This document shows positions 26,205 through 39,700 of a stretch of DNA of 64,000 nucleotides, piece after piece. Under the pieces are notes generated by a model. It was not told where the DNA came from and did not search any database. It saw only the letters and a list, made by a program, of their open reading frames with translations. Positions within the stretch are counted from its first letter, which is position 1, and the number at the start of each line of letters is the position of its first letter. Both the position numbers and the translations under genes were made by a program. Origin of the DNA: Octopus vulgaris (taxonomy: Eukaryota); contig OX597814.1 of assembly GCA_951406725.2 (NCBI GenBank), forward strand, positions 121,706,001 through 121,770,000, in the 5' to 3' direction.

Positions 26205-28599
26205 ACCAACGCTTCCACCGTTGCAGGACTGGTTCTTCGGAAGAAAACTCTCATTTTATTATATTCATTTTATTTTATTTTTAGTTTAAAGTTGTTCTTG
26301 CATCTTAGAAGTATCATTCCTGATGAACTGGATTCCTCTCTTCCTCATGAACAGATCCGGAATTTATAAATATTGACAAATATATATATATAGGATATGT
26401 AAAGTCAAAGATATTCACCTCTCTATATAACTAATACTTATATTATTAACTCTGAAGAAATAAAGATTAAAGATTCCATGAAGTTTTCGAAATTTGTAGA
26501 CAGAAAGCATAACTAAATATAAAAAGTTCTTGCTTAATCCCATGTCAATTCTAAAAGAGTGAATCTATGATTATAATCATTCTAGCTGTGACCTTTCTAT
26601 CTGTTATTTCGGTTATCGCATTTAGGTTATATAATTCAATGTGTCATTTTCTTGTTTAGAAAAGTCAAAGTACGGATTTAAGGGAAATTTGGCTGCTATT
26701 TTTAGCATGAGCGACTACGGAAAATCTGTGATGTTAGTAAGTGTTTAATATGACATACTATCCTTTCTTCTATACATTAATTTATAATGCTGTAGAGTAT
26801 GCAGTTATGCAACTCTATAATTCTATATGATTCTATATAGCATCTTTTATAAGTCTATATAACTTTGTATGTAAGAATTATGTATTGTATGTTACGTATA
26901 TATCCACAATGATTAAGTGATGCGATTGTGGATAAGGATGTCTGAGTATGTAGACAGAAATATTGCTAGATTTACTAGTTCTATGTTCGCTTTCCGCTTT
27001 CCTCTTCCTTTCCTTGTTCGACTTTAAGAAGAAGCTAAAAGCTAAGTAACATGGTTATTATTCTTTAAATAAAAATAAAACATCATCGAAATTCATTCTT
27101 ATCATTCATTTGTGGTCCATTATGACTAGAAGGTTGTCATTTCTCTACAGAAACATAAAAATAATCAGCAAATGTACAAAGACAAATTTCAGAACGAAAA
27201 AAAAAACGAAAAGAAAACGAAAACTATTTTCTTCTCGCTACTCTATTATGGCAGCGATTTAGGTTAATCTGAGCTCTTCTCTACTTGCATTCTTTCTTCA
27301 GATTTTATTCCCAACGTTGCTGTCTTCCCACGCCCATAAACCTCAAGACACTGACCTGAGTAAACTTTCGATTGGTGATCAAATGCTTAATGGAAGGAGG
27401 TATTCTTTATTGTTTTCGATTTTTTTCCCTTCTACTTTTTAATCATAGAGGGAATGAAAAATACAAAATTTATATGAAAAAAAGTTTAAAATAATGTAAA
27501 GAAAGTAAATAAATTAATGAGCAGAAGACAAAAGCTATAGTTTTGTTAGACCCATTTTTAGACAATGTGTTAGAACCGCTGTTCTATATCCACTTAAAAT
27601 ATGAGAATTGATTGTTCTAAATATAAATTTATAGCCAACGCTGAAAGAGACAGTACATTTCTACAGACTCCTCATGCATGGGTTCAATTGATTGGTTAAA
27701 TCATCGTGTAGAGCGAGAGATCGATCGACTGTAGTTGTTGAAATGTATTCAAGTTGAACAGTCAAATCACTAAAGTCAATCCAAAATCGATAAATCATAC
27801 TTGCAGAAGCATATGCAAGGGATGGGTAGGTGAGCGTGAACGTTCATGCAGACAGTGTACGAAGATACGGCTTCGCTTACTTTATTGACTCTGTACTAAC
27901 TATATCTAGATTCCAGGCTAAATATTTTAGTATTGATCGATATAAGCATATGCTGGATATGGAAATAGCTATTATCTCCCTTTACATTTCCAACATTCCT
28001 GAATTATTGTGTATGTCGGGTTATTTCCCTTTAAAACAAACTATCACTTTAGTTTTCTGAATGATATCAAACTGTAATGGATTTCTCGTTCATTTATAAT
28101 AATTCCTTTAAATTTTTCCAGTCTCCAATATCTTCAAATTTCCTTTTAATGTATCGATGTTTTCAATTCTATTTAGCACAGATTGTATATATAACAAATA
28201 TTTTCATAGACAGGAACAAGTGGCTGGGTTTTGAAAAGAGGAAATGCAAACACTTTCATTTCCGTTTCATTTACCATCAACACTACCATCACTAACACCA
28301 TCACCACCACAACCACCCCCACAGCCGCTACCACCAGCAACACCAACACCTCAACCACCAACACCAACAACAATACGATGTATGACATTAGTTGTGAAAA
28401 CGACTAGAAGTAGATCCAACTAAGTATTATAGTGGGCAATAGAGAGGATTTTAATAAGATTTAAGTTTATATCAACAGTAAATTTACTAAATACATACAT
28501 AGATGTATATAAATATATGTGCATATATATTCATGCATGTGTATCTACATACATATATATGTGTGTGTGGTGTGTATATATATATATGTATATGTATAA

Positions 28600-28649
<50 letters not shown>

Positions 28650-28860
28650 CAATGATAAATCTCAGAGCGAGTTATAAACAGTAGCGGTAACACATCGTGT
28701 TGCATATTTGCCATTTGAATATGGCTAACCCCTAAGGGTGGATGCTACTGTAGTTTGTAGCCCCAGGAAGATATCTCCTCCAGTTGGCTATAGACACACT
28801 ATCTGTGTCCTGTCAGTATTTGTGAAGGGGAGTCATCCTCCCCGTCTTCAACACATGATA

Positions 28861-28906
28861 CACACGTACCTCGAGTTTCAAGGTGTTTACCTTTCATCAG
28901 CGTGTG
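28861..28906 (-). ncRNA. Minimal type I hammerhead ribozyme motif with intact core, on the iGluR pre-mRNA strand
   Basis: CACACG-CUGAUGA-AAGGU(AAAC)ACCUU-GAAA-C(UCGAG)-GUA-CGUGUG: 6-bp stem I, 5-bp stem II, very short stem III with the palindrome CUCGAG. Confidence 0.85.
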
Positions 28907-29102
28907 ACAATCATGGTTGTCGACGAGAAGTCAGATCCCTTGACAAATACATATACTTTTTCCAGTGTCGATTTGACACTGATAATGAAAAAGTGAAATC
29001 AAACAATTGATTTCACTTTTTCATTATCAGTGTCAAATCGACACTGGAAAAAGTATATGTATTTGTCAAGGGATCTGACTTCTCGTCGACAACCATGATT
29101 GT

Positions 29103-29147
29103 CACACGCTGATGAAAGGTAAACACATTGAAACTCGGGTACGTGTG
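29103..29147 (+). ncRNA. Minimal hammerhead ribozyme motif (mirror copy in the right arm)
   Basis: CACACG-CUGAUGA-AAGGU(AAAC)ACAUU-GAAA-C(UCGG)-GUA-CGUGUG; one mismatch in stem II. Confidence 0.8.
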
Positions 29148-29308
29148 TATCATGTGTTGAAGACGGGGAGGATGACTCCCCTTCACAAATACTGACAGGA
29201 CACAGATAGTGTGTCTATAGCCAACTGGAGGAGATATCTTCCTGAGGCTACAAACTACAGTAGCATCCACCCTTAGGGGTTAGCCATATTCAAATGGCAA
29301 ATATGCAA

Positions 29309-29792
<484 letters not shown>

Positions 29793-30246
29793 AAAGAGGA
29801 AATATATACGAAATCGCACACACACACAAACACAAACATGTATAAAATTAATTTATTTCTAATTTTACATGTCCGTGGTAGATATGATTGTCATTACATA
29901 TATAATAATTAATCTCTTTTTTTATGGTGATACAGAATTCCATGCATTAATCACCAATGTATATCGTTTATTCTACACCTCGTTCAATTACATAAGAAAT
30001 AGGGTCCAATAATCACAAAATAAAAATTGTGAGAGACATAAATAAAGATCGGGGACAATTAAATCTGATTAATTTGGGTACCAGGGAAGATAGACGGGCT
30101 GATCCAAATCTTCTGTAATGTGTTTGAGATGGTGTGAATTAATTCTGACTAGAGATGATAGACATTATATGATGGGCTTATATAATATGTAGATTGTTAA
30201 ATTCCAGAAACCAAAGATTGTTGTTGACATAGCAATTTAGGAGAGG

Positions 30247-30315
<69 letters not shown>

Positions 30316-30347
30316 TGTATTATGTATGTATATATGTTTATATTTAC

Positions 30348-30560
30348 GCTCATGATCCTAATATCGTGGTTTCCATTCTTGAACTGGACAACATGTTGTG
30401 TTCTTGAGCAAAACACTTCATTTCATGTTGTTCCAGTTCACTCAGCTGGCAAAAATTAGTAATGCTGCGACTGACCGACCGGCGTCCAGTGCATCGGGGA
30501 ATATACACGCAACAGAAACCGGACAACCAGCTCTATGAGTGTATGCTACTCGGATTGGAG
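30348..30560 (+). mobile_element. SINE family B, 5'-eroded
   Basis: gtgttcttgagcaaaacacttcatttcatgttgttccagttcactcagctggcaaaaa body. Confidence 0.7.
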
Positions 30561-30609
30561 AATATTTGCTTATATATATATATATATATATTTATGTATG
30601 TATGTATGT

Positions 30610-30846
30610 AGAGAGAATTTACAAAAAAACAAACAAAATAAAACAAAAGAGGAAGATGGGTGTGTAAACAACAAACAGATGTATTAGTTTGACGCTCGAG
30701 AAGTGAGAAAGTCTTTTATGTTTCGAGCCTACGCTCTTCGGCAGAAAGGAACACAGAAATATACAGGGAGAGAAAATAAAAGAAAGGTTTAGTGGCTAGC
30801 GATCTATCAAGGCGAATGCCGGACAGAGGGGTCACACAAGAGAGCC
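30610..30846 (-). mobile_element. Microsatellite-inserted short repeat with a hammerhead-like motif
   Basis: Homologous in opposite orientation to 61758-61941. Motif CUUU-CUGCCGA-A-GAGC(GUAG)GCUC-GAAAC-AUA-AAAG at 30748-30713. Confidence 0.6.
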
Positions 30847-31566
30847 ATATATGTATATGTATATGTATGTATATATGTATGTACGTATGTATGTCCGTAT
30901 GTATATATGTATGTATGTATGTATGTATGTAAGTATGTAGGTAGATAGGTAGGTAGGTAGGTAGGTAGGTAGGTAGGTAGGTAGGTAGGTAGGTAGGTAG
31001 GTAGGTAGGTAGGTAGGTAGGTAGGTATATTGTCTTGGGTATGGCATTTAACTAGAGAAGTTCCAATTCTGGAGTTGTGGAGAGCGTTGTGTAACCCCTT
31101 AATTGCCCACAGGTCTGTACTGACTTCCAACGGCAATGCTTGTCAGTGTACTATCTGTGAGTTAAATAGACTTCTTAGGAGTAGATGCGGCTCCCGCTGT
31201 TCTTGAAAAAGCCATAGGGAAAGCAAAACTTTTAGCAGAAAGGTACTCTGACATAGACCTTTGAGTCAAAACACAGCCAGGCACCTTGCAATGCCTATCA
31301 TTGGAACCTACTAGATAATTGAGAGAGGGACAAAAGCGTTGTTCAACCTTTTGTCGCTTATATCTATCGACGTACAGATGCCCCAATCTCATACCATCCT
31401 TTGATCTGTTTTGTATATTATAAAGTTTTTTGGCGATGGATGCGCGGTGAAAAGTCATATCTGCTTACTTGCAAGTATGAAAGTAAATCAGAACAATGAG
31501 CCTGAATGTGAGGTTATGATCTGCCATGATATGCCACTCATCATATACACACACTACACACACATA

Positions 31567-31602
<36 letters not shown>

Positions 31603-32239
31603 TGTATGTATGTATGTATGTATGTATGTATGTATAAATATATAAATGGAGTTATAGATATGGTGCTTCTTTCATTCCTTTAATGTGTGTATGTAGATAT
31701 ACAAACAAACACTGCATCCATAAACACCTTTCTGTAACCTGATCAAGAAGAGGTCACTGGAAATCAATGTGCTGGTTATATATTTGATGCGGTCTACTGT
31801 GCTGCGTGTGCGCGTGTATACGCGTCTCTATCACAAGACAAATATGCCAGTCACTAACACTTAGACACACATAATCCTTCGATGGGGTCACAAATTGATC
31901 AAACCTGAAATACTTTCTGTCATTACAAAAGAAGATTAATTTTGGCATTCAGATTTTGAAATTTATATAGGTGAGAGATCAATATCACATTGTAGGATGT
32001 CACATTTGGAAACGAATTTAGGAGTGGGGTGTAATTCGCATAGGAGTTCGTGTATGTATGTATGTATTATGTATGTATGTATGTGTGTATGTATGTATGC
32101 ATGTATGTATGCATATATGCATGTATGTACGTCTCTGTTTGAGTGTGTGTATATCTGTATGTGGGTGCCTGTGTATTATTAAGTGCATCATGAAGGCGAC
32201 CATTTTCATTACAAAAAGAATGCTGTGAGACAACAAAAC

Positions 32240-32930
32240 ATTAGGGCCAACAAATGTTCATAGATGTTGGTACCAATGAGCATTTCATAGCAGACTGCAG
32301 ATCATTTTTATGTGGAGAATGACAGAGAGAAGAATGAATGCAGAAACTATAGAAGAATGAATGAAGAATGAATACAGTCCGTCTTAGCATGAAAATAGGC
32401 ATTCCAGTCGTGATTATGATAAAATTTGTAGCAACATGCAAATGTATCTTTAACTCTTTTGTTGATCGTTTTGAGTAAATCTGTCTGAGGTAGTAATAAA
32501 GCGCAATGCAATTTCAGATGATCTGCGAGTTTTTCCTGGTGATTTGAGCAGTTTGTTTCACCAGACTATGAAACCGCTGATGCAAGGGATGCTATTAGGG
32601 TCATAGGTTTCGGCATGTGTGAGACTCTGGAGAGAAGTAGATTTGTTGACAAATGTAGTCTGATTAGAAATGACGGAGCTATGTCCAAGTAATTGATTTG
32701 AGGTTTGAGAGCAGTGAGGTGAGAAGATTCTGTTTGTTGCGTGAGGTAATATATAATGTATATTGGTAAACATGTTGTTAGATGGATATAATCAAAACGT
32801 CCCATGTTTGCACAGGCAATAAAAGGATGAACATGGAAATTGATCATTAAACGGTCTGATGAGTGTGTTGAGAAAAAGATGAAAGGTGTGGCGTGTCCTA
32901 TTTAATTGCTAGTGCTATATGGACACTAAA
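32240..32930 (-). mobile_element. Possible decayed LINE endonuclease region
   Basis: Broken frames loosely resembling the PTR...ILDL...SDH region of APE endonucleases; weak match. Confidence 0.3.
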
Positions 32931-33197
32931 TAATCAGAATCAAAAGTTGTCTAAGTTAGAAATGGATTGAGAGGATGCATCCTAACATTTACAAGGAAAT
33001 TTAATGTTTGTAAATGCAGACTTGGTTCTAATGTGGCTTTCATCTTGGATATAACCAGGAATATTTCTGTTCTGAGTGCCATTTTCCAAATGAATCGCAT
33101 CTAATAGTTATTACATATTTTCACATTCCAAAGATTAAACAGATTTTAAACTCTTTTTCTCTGTGAAATATGCCGGAAATTCATAAAATATGACAAG

Positions 33198-33507
33198 GTG
33201 ATTGCACATAGTTTAGTGGTCGGGGTATTCGGCTTACGATTTTACGCGCGTGATTTCGTTTCCCCATGATGCATCGTGTCCTTGGGCGAGTCACTTTATT
33301 TCATGTTGGTCCAGTTCATTCAGCTGGCAAAAATGAGTTGTACTTGTAATTCAAAGGGTCAGTCTAATCCCATTCTGTGTCACACCGAATCTATCCGAGA
33401 ACTACGTTAAGGGCACGCACGTCTGTGAATGTTAATTTCACGAGCGGACTGATCCGTTGATCGCTTCAACTGGAACTCTGGTCAACGCAACCGATGGAGT
33501 ACTAGTT
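33198..33507 (+). mobile_element. SINE family B
   Basis: Diverged reverse complement of 16697-17023. Confidence 0.7.
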
Positions 33508-34195
33508 GTGACACAGGTTGTAATGCAAAACATCTGAAAAGTGCGATTTTTTTTAGTTTTATATAGTTGAGGACTACTATAAATATGCAGTGGTGTTGGT
33601 TTGTTTTCCTGATTTTTGTATAGTTTTCTACCTTTTAGTGATCTTCTTTAATTTTGAAAGAAAGAACATTTCTAAATAGCTCATTTTTCTGTTCAGATGC
33701 TAACTTACTGAGACTTTGTCTGTGATAACCCGCAAATACGTGGATGCCAGTCGAAATAATTCATTGTATTTCATTTCGTAACTAAACAGCCTGATTTCAA
33801 ACTCGAACAGGGCAACTGGAATCGATGATATATCGATTAAATGCTCGAGATCTATGCTGGCTAAATGAGAAAGTTCCCTAATGGTTAAATTGCAAAATGT
33901 TTAAATGGACTTCATTATGTTTTCTCTTGCCATCAAAACAGGGATTAGCGATTATAAGAATATAGGATACTTTAATTATAAACTGAAATTTAATGCAAAA
34001 TATTCTACGTTCTTCGGATAAAATAGCAATAAAATAATTTTTCTCCAATAAAATATCTATAAAATAATTAACTACTCGGAAAGATAGAATTATTTCTGTG
34101 CACCTCTTAAGACGTTAAGTAAAACACAGTATAATACTTAAGATATTAAGTAAAATATTATGCATTATGATTTTATATAATGGAATGGTAAAATT

Positions 34196-34255
<60 letters not shown>

Positions 34256-35899
34256 AAAATATAATTATATATATAAAAGTATTGATATATATATATACAT
34301 CCAATTTATGTATGCGTATATCTATGTATACATACATAGATACATAGATAACATGTATACAGATAAAATACTTCCATATATACGTGTGTTTAGGCGTATG
34401 TCTATGTTTGTATGTGTCTATGTATGTATGAATCTATGTATTTTAAAAGTTCTATTGTGCAATGAAAATGGAAAAGCAATATTCGTATGGATTATTCTAG
34501 CTTCACTCTCATTTGTATTGTGTTTCATAAACTGTTCTTCGCTGTAAAAATTATCAATACAAACAATAATTTCTTTTGTTCCGTGAGGTGTATTTTAAGA
34601 TGAAATATTGAAATGTGGGAATTGTTTTCAGGGATACCTTCAGCATGAAGAATAAATAGTCAAGTGGAGATAAAATACTTAATGTTGTGAACGTTCCAAA
34701 AAGTTCTAATCAATCAGCGAGTAATCAAGTGAAAGCGAGTAACCAAGTGAAAACATTTTATCATTAGTTCTTGTCAAGAAAGTTAGGGGAGAAAACTTTG
34801 AAATGCAAATTGCTTAAGAATTATGCAGTGGGGTTTGGCGATGAGTATAATATATTACACAGCTTTTCTCTCCCCGTCTGTTGTAATCTTATAAGCTCAA
34901 CCTGTTAATATTGCACGAGATCACACGTAGAATAATGGAAATATGGGAGTTCTTAATTTTATGTTTGCATTGCAAACATTAAGCTGAAGAATTGTATAGC
35001 ATTAACACGCCAGTTAATATTCTATAACTTCCCACTTTTCTTCTCTAGAATACTGAAGTATGAATTCAAAATACAATATATTATTCTACTCTCACAAGAT
35101 AATTGTTGTAATAGTAATATCAACAGTAGAAAGAAACATAACCATAAATATGGCGGCATGCATGACTCTGTAGGCAAGAATTATGCTTCATAAATCCATG
35201 ATTTCTGTTTCAATGTCAGTGAGCGATTTTTTACGCTGGTATGTGTTACAATAGCCCAGGGTCGAGATAAGCCAGATGAGCAGAATTTGATAAACATAAA
35301 ATAAATGGAAGCCTTTATGAAGAAGCTTGCTTGATTTGGTGTGCTAACCATTATCTGACACCCAGTCTTAACGCCTCCAGCGAACGTTTGGGTAACTTTA
35401 CCTTTTACGACTCTCTCGAATAGGTCACGTGCTAGAGGATAACTTCTCTTTCTCTGATAATTTATGGGTGCCCTGAAAAGAAACGTGTGTTGCCCTTCCA
35501 TTACAAATCTGACTAAAACATTAAGGAAAAATGTTATACAGGGAGCCTGCTTTGCTTTACTGAAGGTTTGTCACTGTTCAACATTTAATCATAGTGGGTA
35601 CCTTTCGCTTTGAACTTACGATCTGTAATCTCTCGACAATTATTTTATCTGCATAAGGTTTTATGTTTATGATCATATAAATCTCTTATTGTTAAGTTAT
35701 TTTAGAAAAACATATAAGTGCTTAGCTACAAATCATCATCAAACGCTAAAAAAGATTTTATATTATATTAATGAAATATCAAGCGCGCATTAAAGACTAG
35801 AAAGAGTCAAACTTTAAAGAATGTGAATATTAAACGCATTATCTATTTTTTTATAATTGTAGATTTAAAACTAATGTAGGTTAAGTTGGAAACATCTAT

Positions 35900-38100
35900 G
35901 TCATTTTACACAGTGCATTTATTGTGAAATCTCATTTTTTCTTTATTACATTTTCACATTGAAGAAGAGCACTTTCCATCAAGATTTATGATGCACTTTG
36001 TAAATGAAGGTGCAAGCTATACTGGAACTAGCTTGTTTACTTTTTCAATCCACCCTTGATTTGTAAGGTTTTGTTATCTGCATATGGGGGGAAACATTTA
36101 TGCTAGTTTCCCGGAAATATGATGCAGACAAACACTCGCTGTAATGTACCTGTTCTTCATTTCTCTCCCGTTACAGGCTAATGCTTGCTTGAAATGCGCT
36201 CTTTTCAGATGTTAGTACCAAGACATCGCTCACTGAGGACATTCCCTCCAGGTTCCTTGTCCTAGACAAACAACTTCATTTTTAGATTATCTCTGTAGAT
36301 TATCTGTTTGGTTTTCATTGGAGAAAGCCTTGCGGAAAAATTATATCACATACTTTCTCAGTTGTGGAAATAAAAAACATGGGATACTAACGGCCGCTGC
36401 ATATTTTTCACTGAGTTGAAGAACATGTTCTTCGTTTTTAGGCACAATGTAATGCGCAGTACTGTTCAGAGAAAGCATGAGAATTGTTGCTTTGTATAAT
36501 TTTTCACCGAATATTGAATCATTGCTGTTGAGGGAAACGATGTGGTTTCATTTTGGAATGAATCCAGATTTCAGCTTCTCGGTTTTCAGTAATAATGTGG
36601 TAGAAATTGCATCGAAGTATTACTACAACGTCTGTGCTTAAGGAGTGAATTACACTAACGTATTAAATATTGAATATCAAACAGTTGTACCTGAAACGAG
36701 TACCTACCCGCTCAAGATTGCGTTGTCTTAATTGTGTACCATTTCATACATTGAATCTTTCACCTCCCGAAGTTATATACCTTTTGCTTCTTGATACTTT
36801 ACTTTTATAAGCATCGTCGCAAATTATGAAAATAAGCCTTTCTTATTTACATATGGGGAAATTTATACCATTTTGTTGGAACTTTTAATACTGCCAGCCA
36901 CTTGCTATCATGTACCAGTTCCTAATTTCCCTCCTGTGACATCTCTGGTTTTCAGTGTCTGCTACTGGTGTGGAACAATACTTAAACCGGCTTCTCTTTT
37001 CAAATCTTGCCGAATCCATGAGGATAACACTTTCATGAAATACTGATCAAAGGCATTTCCAAGACATTAGTTCCAGTTAGAATATAAATTAGATTTCCAC
37101 TACCATTATTAATGAACTGGTGAGTATCTGTCACTGCTCAATTTTCATCTTCGAGTAGATCATTGAGTGTATGAGTTTCCATAATTGATGCAAATAATGT
37201 GAGTTGGTGCAGGAGACGAAATACCATTCAGAAGAAAGTAACTTGATGTATGAAAAGGCTTCGTGATGAAAGAATTTCATTCAGACTCCTACCATGGCTA
37301 TCTAAGGCACCAGATGCCAATTCATAAAACCCTATTTGTGTATATTTTCTTAAAGGTTATCCTCAGTTGAAAATTATTCTTTTGATAGACAGTAGCAATT
37401 TATTTAGTTTGGAGTGGGGTTGAAAGGTGGCAACTTCTGTGAACCATTTCACTATGAGAATTATCACATTTTCATCTCTTTGGTTCTAAAATGTAAACAG
37501 AGGTGGCTCAAAACACGTTATTACAAACTTTATTGTCAAGTGTTTTCATATCTGCACAAGCTTCTTTAAAGAGATGTCCTATGCTCAAAAGGGCATCTAA
37601 CACGTCTGAAACATAACGCAAAGAGATGTTGATATGCATTTTGTTCTGCGCGCCATTTGTTCTGTCATTTGTTTCTCTGAAATGCTTAACAACACGACTT
37701 GATTTAAGTGAAATCAGAGTCCTAAGCTCTAACATCATAGAGATTTCAATATTACTAATCTTTCCTCCAAACAAAATCTTTTCACTCATAGAACTTTTAT
37801 GTATGCATCATACAAACTAAGAATTGATGTAAACGATGACAGCTTCTGGCACATCCACTTTTCTTTTTAAAAAGAATTCTTCTGAAAAAAATATGGAAGA
37901 GACTCTAAGTTTCATGAAACCAGGAATCTCGACAACATGGGTTCATTCCACAAATTCGGCCGAACATTCTCTGTTCGAACTACATTTTTTTTAAAGATAT
38001 AAAAAAGAAAAGTTATCAGTTAGAAATGGCTAGATGCCAAGACATCATAATTCTTCAGCTAAAAGTTCAGAATTGTGTATTCTTTAACTGGAATTATATT
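35900..38100 (-). mobile_element. Highly decayed hAT-like transposase remnant
   Basis: Coding-like composition with many stops; TNGAQNKM (DGA-x-NM-like) near 37650 and an ER-x-S dimerisation-like segment near 36200. No TIRs identified. Confidence 0.35.
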
Positions 38101-39464
38101 CGTTTCGATCGCCTTGATATCACATTCATCTTGTTTGGTCTATTTTGGGTTTTTCCTACATTTATTGCCTGTTTTCAATTAAATTAATGCGTTCTTCTAA
38201 AATGCTGTAAACAACTAAGAAAAAACAAATTTCCGGCCGTAGAGAGTAGAGAAATGGGATTGTGCTAGGTTCAAATAGTTTTTAGTTTCCTCATCTTAAT
38301 AAGGATGTGATTGAAAGAAAGGTGATTGAAAACGACTCATAGATATGATAAACCATGCACTCATCTCTATTCAATACTACTTTCGACCTTACAAGGGAAT
38401 CGTTATATATTCACTCTAACACCTAGATATAAGTTGAATTTTACTCAAATCGTGATCTACCGCCTTAATTGAACAAAGCTATACCTTAGACACTGTTGTC
38501 CCTGATATAAAAATAGATGAGCAAGGATGGCAAGCTTTTGATCATAGATTTGCACTAAAGTCGATGACCTAGGGTTGAAGATGGACTGTCCGTATTTTGG
38601 CAATGAATTATTAATTTTTATCTTATGTTCGAAGCTAGAAAAGTAGAGAGAGAGAGAGGGAGAGAGAGTAGGGGAGATTATATAATGCTCATGCCATTAA
38701 CAGGTTCATTAAAGACATAAGTGAAGTGAAATAACTGTAGCTACATTTGGCTCACATGCACTATTTCATTTGTATTTATCGATAATGTAATAATGTTTTC
38801 CTTACAAGAGCCGAAGCCAAAGGTGGGTGTTATGGGTCGAAAGAAAATTGACGTTGTGAATATTATGCCTTTTCCCAAGTTACTGACGATTTCACTGAAG
38901 CATAAATTGAAGCCATAACGTGAAAAGATTTCGCTAAAACATTATGTCTTTTGTTGTATATTTATGGGATATGTCCATTCCGTCAATTATTAATTACATA
39001 GAGAGTAAGGAAAGCACTAGTAATCAGTTTTCTTGGAAATTGCAAGCAAGTCTCCCATCACAATAAACGTTTTATATGGAATTGATGTGAAAGATGTAAT
39101 TTCAAAACTGTACAAGTATTTCACAACGATTTTCGAAACAAATCATGAGAAAATTATATGGGGCTGCAAAATGTTAGATGTTTCAGTTCGTAAAGAGAAG
39201 TAGCTTTGTTGATCATAGAAATGTGTTTTTATAATACTTCTTTTTATATATATTTTTCTTTATTTGTTTGCTTTCCATGCTGTTCAATGTACGCCAGGGC
39301 TTTCTTGAAGGTTTATAGTAGCATATCACGTTTTTCATTTAGAATATGTTGCTAGCGTCTCCCACCATCTTTCTGTATTTCTAAAGAAAAGTACACTGTG
39401 AGTGGTTTCCATAACCACTCTCCTGCTGGGACATTGTAACAAGAGAGAGAGAGAGAGAGAGAGC

Positions 39465-39700
39465 GAGAGTGAGGATGGAGATAGGTGAGAGTGAGGGTGG
39501 AGAGAGGTGAGAGTGAAGGTGGAGAAAGATGAGAGTGAGGGTGGAGAGAAGTGAGAGTGATGGTGGAGTGAGGTGAGAGTGAGAGTGGAGGGAGGTGAGT
39601 GTGAGGGTGGAAAGAGGTGAGTGAGGGTGGAAAGAGGTGAGAGTGAGGGTTGGGAGAGGTGAGAGTGAGGGTGGAGAACGGTGAGAGTGTGGGAGAGAGA
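39465..39700. repeat. Purine-rich ~22-bp minisatellite
   Basis: Variants of gagagtgagggtggagagaggt in tandem. Confidence 0.85.

Noticed and set aside
26315-26365. CTGATGA core followed by GAAC...ATC
   Set aside because: No stem II and no GAAA; likely a chance match.
28738-29270. Twin ORFs MDATVVCS... on opposite strands
   Set aside because: They result from the inverted repeat, start at GTG and have no recognisable domain.
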